DNA of 64,000 bases from Mobula hypostoma (Eukaryota): assembly GCF_963921235.1 (NCBI RefSeq), contig NC_086097.1:168766001-168830000 (forward strand), in the 5' to 3' direction. The notes beneath the pieces are model-generated. The model saw only the letters and a list, made by a program, of their open reading frames with translations, ran no database searches and was not told where the DNA came from. The position numbers were made by a program, and so were the translations under genes. Shown here piece by piece: positions 51,601 to 63,600 of this stretch. Every line of letters starts with the position of its first letter. Positions within the stretch are counted from its first letter, which is position 1.

Positions 51601-54600
51601 AATCAAAAACAAGAGGGATATGGACAAATGTCACAAGGGAACTGAGGCCAGCTTAGATCAAATGTGGTCATATAAAATGAAGGGCCAGGTTTGAAAGATC
51701 TAAGGCCTTCTCCTCCCATTTTTGTGTATACTATAATTGCCCATGTATTGTAGGCAAATGGAAGAATTTGGGAGAGCAGATCAGAACATGGGGAAAATAA
51801 AATAGGATTAGTATAGGTGTCCCCCGCTTTTCGAACATTCACTTTACGAAACCTCACTGTTACAAAAGGTCTACATTAGTTCCCCGTTTTCGCTATCAGA
51901 AAGTGTTTTCACTGTTACGAAAAAAAAATCAGCGCGCGATAAAAGGCAGTGCGCGCCCCGAGCAGCCGCTCTCCCGCGGATTCGGAACGGCATTCTCGCC
52001 GGCATTGCTCAAACACGTGCCTGAGAGCAGCCATTTGCAAGATGAGTTCTATGGTATCAGGAAAGCCTAAAAGAGCTTGTAAGGGTGTTGCACTTAGCAT
52101 AAAACTAGACATAATTAAGCACTTCGATCGTGGTGAACGAAGTAAGGACTAAGTGAGTTTGGCTGGCGAATGTGATGTTGAAGAGGTTTTGGCATCCCAT
52201 GACCAAGAACTGATAGATGAAGAGCTGATGCAATTGGAAGAAGAAAGGATAACAATCGAAACCGAATTCATTAGCGAAATGAACGTGAAGCAACCGTGTG
52301 AGATTTTCGCTGCAATGATAAAGTACGACTTTAATTTTGAAAGGGTACGTCGGTTTAGGGGATATTTGCAGGATGGTTTGAGTCCTTACAAAGAACTGTA
52401 TGATAGAAAAATGCGTGAGGCTCAGCAGTCAAGCAAGCCATCCACATCAACCACAGCAGAGATGAACCTCGACCTTTGACATCAAGGTGGGCAGTCATAG
52501 GAGAAGATGAGCTGCCTGCTCTAATGGAAACAGACGACGAGATGACACCCCAGTGTCCCACTACCCCACGATTTGCGGAAAATGCAGCGGTAGCCGGGAG
52601 GCACACAGCACATCTTTAAGAAAAAAGTCGAAATAAACATGCTAATTAATTAGGTGCCGCCCGACACGTAATTGTCCGCCCAGATCAGAGACGACGCAAT
52701 CGGAAATTGGCACTGACCTGGGCCGACAATTACATGCCAGGCGGCACCTAATTAATTAGCTTGTTTATTTCAGCTTTTTTCTTAAAGATGTGCTGTGTGC
52801 CTCCCAGTTACCGCTGCACCCCTGCATGCTTCGCGGATCAGTATCGGTCGCCTGGAGGGTGGGGGGCCACTGCACCACCCAACCTGCAACGACTCAGCCT
52901 AACACACCATCATCAGTGTGCTCAGTGCTGTCTTCCCAATTCCAGTAAGTGGTACTACACTGTACATACATTATTTCTACTTTATATCAGCTGTGTACTG
53001 TTAAGTGTTATTTGGTATGATTTGGTAGCTTCATAGCTTAAAGGTTACTGGACAGCGCTTGCGCCGTGTTTTTGCCAACAGCGCTTGCGTGAGATTTTCA
53101 GCCGACGGCGCTTGCGTGAGATTTTCGCTACGAAGAACAGTGTAGTAATGATTGTAGAAAAGTATTTCTACTTTATATAGGCTGTGTATTTATCATATCA
53201 TTCCTGCTTTTACTATATGTTACTGTTATTTTACGTTTTAAGTGTTATTTGGCATGATTTGGTAGGTTATTTTTGGGTCTGCGAACGCTCACAAAATTTT
53301 CCCATATAAATAAATGGTAATTGCTTCTTCGCTTTATGACATTTCGGCTTACGAACCATTTCATAGGAACGCTCTACCTTCGGATGGCGGGGGAAATCTG
53401 TATGTGACCAGAATAAATAGATTGGCAAGTACTTAGTGGGTCAAAGGGCCTGGTTCTAAAACTTGTGACTACTATTCCAGATCATATTTCTTTAAACAAA
53501 CATTCTGGGATTTGGTCAGCATCGATTAGAAACATAGAAAACCTACAGCACAATACTGGCCCTTCGGCCCACAACGTTGTGCTAAACATGTCCCTACCTT
53601 AGAAATTACTAGGCTTACCCATTGCCCTCTACTTTTCTAAGTGCCATGTACCTATCCGATAGTCTCTTAAAAGACCCTATCGCTTCCGCCTCCACCACCG
53701 TTGCTGGCAGCCCATTCCATGCACTCACCACTCTTGGAGTAAAAAAAAACTTACCCCCGATATCTCCTCTGTACCTACTCTTCAGCACCTCAAACCTGTG
53801 TCTTCTTGTGGTTAATTGGTGGGGAAAATAGTGTATTCAATATAATTGGATTCTTGCCAGAACTACCATATATACACTATATTTAATCAGTAAAGCTTAT
53901 TACTTCACACAAACTTTGTATGATGAGATAGACCTGGCTAACTGCAGGATCTCTCACCAGAGTTCACCCACTTCTTATTCTTCCCACTGCACAGAGGACA
54001 AAAGACTAACAAGATGAAACCACAAGATGAAATAGTGATTATTGCGGAGAGCTAGTTTGCCTTCACCCAGCCAAAGGAATAGTGGGTGTATTAGATCAGT
54101 AAGCTGTGGACCACTGCGCACTGAGTATTTATCTGTATTAGCCCCTCAGTTAAGATAAACATTCCTCTTGCTAGTTAAATTGCAATAAAAAAGCAAAAGA
54201 TTGAGATTTTGTAGCAATATATCTAAGTTCACTCAATATTAAAGGCAACATTTCAAACTGATAAGGCCACAAGAAAATGAAGAATTCTAGACTTTATTTC
54301 AAGTGGCTTAGAATATAAAAAGCTACAAATGTATCCAAATCTTTGTCCTCAGATAGTCTACTCCAAGCAGCATTACAATCAGGCTCAATGGACATTTGAT
54401 GTAGAATACTACAAATTATTTAGAGATACAGCATGGAATAGACCCTTCTGGCCCTTCAAGCTATTCCGCCAACAACCCCGATTTAAAACCTTAGCCTAAT
54501 CACAAGACAATTTACAATGCCCAATTAACCTACCAACTGGTAGGTCTTTGGACAGTTGGAGGAAACCGGAGCACCTGGAGGAAACCAATGCATTTCGAGC

Positions 54601-57600
54601 TCCTTCCAGAGGATACCAGGATTGAACTCCAAACTCCAACAATAGTGTCTCGCTAACTGCTACACTACCGTGGCATTTCAAAAAAAATAAAAAGACTTAA
54701 ATTTGAACAGCTTTTCATGATACTATAATAGATTTATCTGAAACTATGAAAGAGGCTGGATAGACATCATGGCCCAGATATCCTATTATTCTCTATTGAA
54801 ACTCTAGTTAAATTAAATTTGACCCCACTAACAATTTTTATTTACAAGTAATAATACACCAATGAAAAACACATTAATGGATGTGGAGGTCAGAGAGTGA
54901 ACAGCTTTAAGTTTCTCAGCATAAATATTACATGGTCTGTACATTCCGGCTGCATGAGAAAAAGGCACAACAGTGCCTCTTTCACCTCAGACAATTGAAG
55001 AAGTTTGGTGTGGGCCCCCAAGTCCTAACAACTTTCTACAGGGGCACAATTGAGAGCATCCTGACTGGCTGCATCACTGCCTGGTATGGGAACTGTACTT
55101 CCCTCAATCGCAGGACTCTGCAGAGAGTGGTGCGGACAGCCCAGCTCATCCGTACACGTGAACTTCCACTATTCAGGACATTTACAAAGACAGGCGTGTA
55201 AAAAGGGTCAGAAGGATCATTCCGGACTCATGTCACCCCAACTACAAACTGCTCCTTCTGCTACCTTCCAGGAAATGATATTGCAGCATAAGAGCCAGGA
55301 CCAACAGGCTCCAGTACAGCTTCTTCCACCAGGTCATCAGACTGCTTAACTCATGCTGACACAACTGTATTTTTATGTTATATACTATTACAAATGACTA
55401 CAAATTGCACATTTAGATGGAGACCTAATGTAAAGATTTTTACTCATGTATATGAAGGATGTAAGTAATAAAGTCAAATTTAAAAAAATACTAAAAATTA
55501 AATAGATTTGTTTGTGCCCAAATAAATGAACTGCAGGAAACACTCACTTTTCTTTAGTTCACGTGGCTCTTTGTCTACAAAATGTGTGGCTGGTTTTGAA
55601 TTGCTTGTAGCTTCTTTATCTGGAACCTTCTGGAAATTAAAAATGGTTGTATTTCAATTAAGTTCACATAAAGGAAAGAGCACTTGTCATATTAGAAGAT
55701 GGAATTAAAGGATTTACAAGCCTTTGGAATTGCAGTTAGACTTCCCTGTATGAAACCCGAAGATTGTAGACCAATGTGAACATAAAGCAGATACTTCATA
55801 GAAAAGAATGATCGAAAATAAATTAAAAACAATAAATGTCTAAGGCTTGAAGAATTGAACGGAGTTCATAGGATTTGGTTTCAAAAGCAGATGACATGGA
55901 ACACAAATTACTGAAAACAGATATGCCATTCTTGTTAACTGTTACAATTACAATCATTCACTGTGTTCCTTTGAAACACAGAATCTTGTGGTCATAATAT
56001 GCCGCACTGTATGAAATAAAGATACCACAATACCTAGGTGAATGAAATATTCTGATATCCAAACATCAATGCCCATATTTTTCATAATATGCAGCACAGA
56101 TCCCCCAAAGAGCTTAAGCACGAGAGCATCAGAAATAGATGTATCTGTTGGTGATTTCACCTCTCAAGCTTGGTCTGCCAATGCTAGAGCTTGAGTATAC
56201 CCAATGACTGAGCCCCCACATCACTCATGCAGAAAATTCCAAAGGTTCTCTCCCTTCAGAAGAAACCCCTCCTCATCTCTGCTCTGAATGTCCAGTCCCT
56301 TATCTTGAGAAACTAATCACATGATTTTCGACATCCCAGGGAAAGGAAATATAACCCCGTATCTATTCTGCTAAGCCTTGTATTAATTTTGTATGCATCT
56401 ATGAGAATGCTCATTCTTCTAAATGGTCAGGTATAAGCCCAATCTGCTTACTCTCTCTTCAAAGGAAAAAGTCTCCAAATCAGAAATCAATCTGGTAATT
56501 CTTCATGGTCAAGAGAATTGAACAGTACAAAATACTTCAGATAAGTCCCACCAGAGCCCTTTATAATTTCCGTGAGACATTTTTACTCTAACATTCAAAT
56601 CCTCCTGTGATAGAAGCCAACAAAAGGTCTTCCTAATTGCTTGCTGTAAATGTACATTGGGCGTTCAGTGTGCAAAAGACAAATTGTGCAACACAAAAAG
56701 AAACAAAAATAATAAATGAGCAATAAATAGAGAACATAAGATGAAGTGTCTTTTAAAGTGAGCCCATAGGCTGTGGAAACATTTTAATGATGAAGTGAAT
56801 TTGAGTGAAGTTATCCCCTTTGGTTCAAGAGCCTGATGGTTGAGGAGTAATAGCAACTGTTTCTGAGCCTGGTGGTGTGAGACCTGAGGCTCCTGTACCT
56901 GCTTCCTGATGGCAGTAGCAAGAAGAGAGCATATCTTGAGTGGTGGTGGTCCCTGATGATGGATGCTGCTATCTTGCAACAACATTTCCTTTAAATGTGC
57001 TCAATGGTGGGGAGGGCATTACCCGTTATGGACTGGGCCATACACACTACATTTTGCAGTATTTTCCATTCAAGGGTACAGGTGCTTCCATACCAGGCTG
57101 TGATGCAGTCAGTCGATATACTCTTCACTACACATCTATAGAAGTTTGTCAAAGTTTTAGGTGTTATGCCAAATCCTCATAAACTCCTAAGAAAGTAGAG
57201 ATGCTGCCATGCTTTCTTCATAATTGCACTTGCATGCTGGTCCCTGGACAGTCCTCTAGAATGATTAAAAAAACTGAGGAATTTAAAAGTTGCTGAACCT
57301 CTCCACCTCTAATTGACTGATGAGGACTGGCTCATGGACCTATGGTTTCCTCCTCCTGAAGTCAATCATCAGCTCCCTGACCTAGACCCATCATATAAAT
57401 GTAATTGCAAAGACAGTGCCTCTATTTCCTCAGGAGTCAGCAGATTCAGCACGTCACCAAAATCCTTGACAAACTTCTATGGATGTGTGGTGGAAAGTAT
57501 GCTGACTGGATGCATTATAGCCTGGTATGGGAACACCAATGCTTTTGAGCGGAAAATCAAATTCGACCCAGTACATCACGGGTTAAGCCCTCCCATTGAG

Positions 57601-60600
57601 CACATCTATATGAAAGGTCACTGAAAAACAGCATCCATCAAATATCCTCACCACGCAGGTCGTGCTCTTTTCTCGCTGCTGCCATCAGGTAGAAGGTACA
57701 AGTCTCAGGACTCACACCACCAGATTCAAGAACAGCTATTATCCCTCAACCATTGGGCTCTTGAACAAAAAAGGATAGCTATACGCATTTATTTCTTGTG
57801 TTCTCACAACCGATGGTGTCACTCTTTATCTTGTCATTTCACACTCTCATTATTTATTGCTATTTGCTCATATTTGCATTTGCACAGTCTGTTTCAATGA
57901 TCCTGTTTACAGTTACTGCTGTATAGATTAGCAAAGTATGCCCACAGGATAAAGAATCTCAGGGTTGTATGTGGTGACATGCATGTACTCTGATAATAAA
58001 TTTATTTTCATCTTTGAACAACCTCTCAAAACACTTCCTCACTGTGGATGCAAGTGCTACTGTACGACAGTCATTGAAAGTCTTCATCCATTCACATTGT
58101 GTATGTGTACTTGAAGCCTTCCTGTTTCCTCCTTACGAATCATACTGATACCCAGCTTAGAATCACCAAAAAAAAACTTGAATATATTACACATGGTGTC
58201 CTTATTTAAATCAGTATGTAGGTGTGAACAGCTTTATTCCAGCAGTAATATTTGCAACAACCAATACAAATAATAGCCCATTAACCCTATTTCATTTTCT
58301 GTTCATACCTTATATTCTGTTTGGGTAGGCTCCGACCTCATGGCATGAACATCGATTTCTCAAACTTCCACCATTTCCCACCCCCTTGTCTTTCTCTCAT
58401 GTTATCTCCTTGCCCTCCCATCACCTCCCTCATGTTATCTCCCCACCACCTTTCTTCTTTCTTCCATGGCCTTCTGTCTCTTTCACCAATCAACTTCCCA
58501 GCTCTTTGCTTCATCCCTCCCCCTCCAAGTTTCACCTATCACCGGCCATTTCTCTCTCCTCTACCCCCACCTTTCAAATCTACTCTTCAGCTTTTTTCCC
58601 TCCAGTGCTGCCGAAGGGCTTCCGCCTGAAATGTCAACTGTACTTCCCCCCCCGCCGCCCCATAGATGCTGCCTGGCCTGCTGAGTTCCTCCAGCATTTT
58701 GTATGTTGTTCAATGATTACTATGATTCTTTTCAACTCATTATTTAACTTTCATGTTGTCACCTTCCCTTTAGCATCATATTCCTTAATTTCAAGTCACC
58801 AAGCATCCTAAAATGCACTTTATTCTATTTTTCAAATTCATATTACTGCATTTCCTTGGTCATTTCCAAAGAAAGATCATGGATTCAATGGGCACAAAAA
58901 CTGGCCCTTCAGCCCAATGTGTCCATGCTAAACATCAACACCACCGTCTGCACTACCCCCATTTAGCAGTTTTCTATACCTTGGTGATGTACATACCCTT
59001 CTAGGTACTGTGAAAGATTCAGTCTCCATCACCCATAGTCACACATTCCAGATTCCAACCACCTTCTGGGTGAAAAAAATCCTCCTCTGTACTCCTCTAA
59101 TTCTCATACACTCCACTCTAGACCAATGTCCTCTTGTTTTAAAGGCCTTCAGTATAGGAAGTAGTTTCTCAATATCTACCCCTATCTATGCTCATCATTT
59201 TGTATACCACTTCGTTTTCTTCATTCTCCACACTCCTTTCATCTCTTCGGCCTCCTCTGCTCCAAGAAAACAAACAACAAATTCAGCTTATCCAGTCTCT
59301 CCTCATAACTGAAATGTTCCATTCAAGTCAAACTTCCAGTGAATCTCCTCAGCATAATCACAAGTTCATAAGAGTATGGTGAACAGAACTACATATTGTA
59401 CTCCAACTGTGATTCAAATTGTTTTATAAATTTGTACTATAATCTCCCATGTCAGATTCCAATGTCCAAGTAATACAAGAGAAATACAACAATTCAATAC
59501 ATTAACAGGAGTTTAAACACATTTCTGTACACTAAGAGCAGTAAACACAAATCAAACATATTTTTAGACTTTCATTTTGATCCTCTGAAAGATGCCATTC
59601 ATTGCAGTGAAATACTTACAGTTAAAAAACTGAGTTCCTTCATGACATCATCTACAATTCCCCGGCGTTGTAAGGCTTTTACAAGATCAGCCTCAGACAA
59701 ACCTTGTGAACTCTTGCCTTGTTCATCTTGAAATGACTCTGATAAAATGTCTCTGATTCTTTCATGAATGTTCATCTGGTCAAAAGATATTCAGCAAGCT
59801 ATTAACATACTGACTTACAGGTTTAAAACTAACTTTATAATGATTAAGTGCATTATCTTTCAATGTTTATTATTTATCTTGGTCCTCTGGAAAAATTACT
59901 CCTTTGATATGCAACTTATGAGAGGTAAAATAACTTATCTTGTTTATCATGAAAGAAAAGACACAGTTGCTGATTATTTCCAACACAGATGAATGAGGGG
60001 GGGAAAAAAAAGTTATGTTTTAGGTCAATGACTTTTCATCAGAATATTCTAATGAACATCGAGCTGAAATATTAACTGGCTTTCTCTCTCCACAGAGACT
60101 AACTGACTTTCTAGAACGCAAACACGGCAAAATCTGCAGAGGCTGGAAATTCAAGCAACGCGCACAAGAAAATGCTGGTGAACGCAGCAGGCCAGGCAGT
60201 ATCTATAGGAAGAGGTCCTCTTCCTATAGATGCTGCCTGGCCTGCTGCACTGACCAGCACTTTTTGTGTGTGTTGCTTGACTTTCTAGAAATTGTTTTCT
60301 AATACAGACTACCAACATTTGCAACTTTTTAAAATTTTCGCTCCTTAATCTGTAAGATATGCAATAAGTGCAGCTACTATATAAAAGTTTAAAATCTTAA
60401 AATACATTGGATTTAAAATTTAAAAACTGAGTCTCAGATGGTTTAAAGCTGATACTCTCTTATCCTCAGATACATATTTAAAACTAACCTTGATTTACTT
60501 TGTTTAAAGTTTACATGGAAGTAAGAAACAGTAGCTTTCAACTCCAAAAGCAAGTAGTAGAAAGGCAAGTGTCAATGCATCCCCTTATACACGAGTCTAT

Positions 60601-63600
60601 ATGCATATGTACAGATATCAGAAATAAAGACATTTAAATACTTCTAGTGTATGAGCTACTCTAGGCCTTAAAAATATTGTAGTTAAGATAACAACTTATT
60701 TGCAATAAGTTTTAATCCCAAAGTTACTGCTGTGTGAAGTTATTTGGTAGATGCCTCACTGTCTGAACAAAGATCAGATATTTTCTTTACTCCTAGATCA
60801 GTAAAGTTTGTATAATTCTCCAGCACATTCTGCTACATGAGACAACCTACTTAGGAAAAAAATATAATAATGCAAGAACAAAGAATAGAAAGCATAAAAT
60901 CTATCGAGAAAATATTATTCTTTATACCATATTGCCAGTATTATACCAGTATAATACATTGACAAACAAGTGTTTTTACTAGGGTAAAGTTACAGATCTC
61001 TGCCCATCAGTACTATGCCCTACTAAGAATGGAAACATGTTACAAGCTGTAAAGAAAAGTAAGATTAGAAAACTTAAGGCTCCAAGCATTATTTCCCCAT
61101 ATCTTGCTTGATACAGGTGTAAGGGAACATAATGGGGAGAAGTGTACATAATTCGCAACAACTGACATTGAGTTGGAGTTTCGCTTTAAAAGCTTGGTCT
61201 GACATGATGACATTGTTATGTAAAGATTTTTAGTGCACTTTTGTGTTTGGGTTTTGTAGTTCAATAAAATGTGTTACATGTTTCGTTAAACATAAAACTC
61301 CTCACTGTTTTGTTTGTGAAAACCTACACAGGCATGGCCCAAGTGAACTGGAAGATGAATAATATGATAATATTGCATTGGTTACATTTTTACAAATTTG
61401 AGTATTTTGAGGAGATGGCCAAGATGACTGACAAGGGCAGAGCAGTGGATGATGTCTGGTGATTTTAGTAAAGTATTTTAAAGAGCCCATCATGATCAAG
61501 AAGATTAAGGTGAATAGGATCCATTGTGAATTGATAGTCTAGATTCAGAACTGCCTTGCCATAGAGATTGAGAGTAGCAGCAGAAGGATGTTATTCTAGC
61601 TGGAGGTCTGTAACTAGTGGTGTTCCTAAGGTTCAGTGCTAGGGCTTCTCTAGTTTGAAATATAAAAAATGACTTGATAGAATATGTACTAGGGCATGTT
61701 ATACAGTTAATGGCAGGACCATTGATAGCACTTATCTATAGAGAGATCTTGACAAACAAGTCTATAGCTTCCTTAACGTGGCCACACAAACAGATAGGAT
61801 GCTGAAGGAAGTGTACGGCATGCTTTCTTTTATCGGCTGGGGCACTGAGTAACAAAGAGTAAGGAAATCATGCTGCAACTATACAAAACGTTGATTAGGC
61901 TGCACTTGAAGAATTGCATGCAATTCTAATCACTCCATTACAAGAAGGACATGGAAGCTTAGGAAAGGGTATTGAAGAGGGTTTACCAGAATGTTGCCTG
62001 AATTAGACAACATGAGCTACAAGGAGAGGCTGGACAAACTGGGGTTGTTTTCTCTGGAGTGTTGGATGATGAAAGGAGACTTGATAGGTTTTATACAATT
62101 ATGAAAGGAATAAACAGTCTGAAGCTTTTTCCCCAGGATAGAAATGTCAAGTACTAAGAAACATGCATTTAAGGCGAGATAGGGAAGTTTAAAGGAAATA
62201 TACAGGGTCTTTTTTCTTTCTTTTTACAAAGTGTGGTAGATGCCTGAAACAGGCTACCAGGAGTAGCATAGGAACCAAATGTGATAGAAGCATTTAAGAG
62301 GCATTTAACATGAACATGCAGGAATGGAGGAATATTGCTCTTGGATGGGCAGCAGAGATTGCATTTAATTCAGCATTGTGTTCAGTGAAGACATTGTGGC
62401 CTGTTCTTTCTCTCAACTGCTTTCTGTTCTACACTCAGGGTCAAAATGTTTAATTACAGGTCAGTCATTCAAACACCAGTACAAGTCCTTCCTGGCTTAT
62501 GAATGCCTGACTTATGAGCACCACATTCAAGTAAGCTTTTGGGGGAAATGGAATAATAGATGACAATAGATCCAAGGCACATTCTACCAGCTGGGAACAG
62601 CACTTATTCATTGAGGCCAGCTGGTGGCAGCTCTTCCCCAGCCTGTTTGCTATACAGACATCCCACCTCTCTCCCGCATATCGATAGCAGCTCCCTATAA
62701 CAATTGGTGCTGTGATCCTCTGCTACACACCGTTTATGTTCACTTCACTGAATAACAGAACCCGGTCATAACCTGGGGATTGCCTTTATTTGGTAAAATG
62801 CAAGGAAAAAAAAGTTGGGTGCAACTTTAGAGTGTTGGCATCGTCTCATAATATTTTAGATGCAGCAGACATTCATGAGGTTAGTTCCAGAGATTATTAA
62901 AGGTGCTGAGGTAGGGAAAACATTGGAGCACATGGTGCCTTAGGGTCTATGAAGTATACAACTGAAAAAAGGTGAAAAATTGCCTACTTAAGACAAATGC
63001 AGAGGAAAGCCTGCTCTCAGAGGGCTGTGGGCATTTTGAATTCTTTACCCCAGAGAGCTAGGGACAAAATAGGTTATCAAATATACTCAATATCACGACT
63101 GGCAAGCATTTAAGTTAAAAGGAAGTCAAGCAGTATGGAGAAGTGGAATTATGGCACTGCACTGCAGCTAATTTTGAGCAAACATTTCAAACATTCCTGC
63201 AGCAAGCACGATAGACCACTCATAATCCTGCTTCGTAATCACGCCAGAAATGCACACACCATTTGGATCAAAAACAGCTGCTGCACTTTTTGGTAAAATC
63301 GGATTACAAAGTGTTAGTGTTTAGAAGAGGCTGTAGGGACGTCACCACCGATGACAAAGACTACTTATGAGGGGAGAGTAGCTTTATTCGCCTCTGTCCG
63401 AAACAAATGCAATGACAACTCGTGAAACGCTGGACCCACTTCCCTTGGGCAACCGGGAAAGTTACAAACTCCCACCTGCGAGGAAAGGGGCCTGAAGCCC
63501 ACTGTCTGAGGGTGGTGGGCAAACACTCTCATACTTAAAATACCTAAGTTCACTGTCATAGGCATTGATGGGCACCTGGTGTCAGAGGACTGGGACGTGT

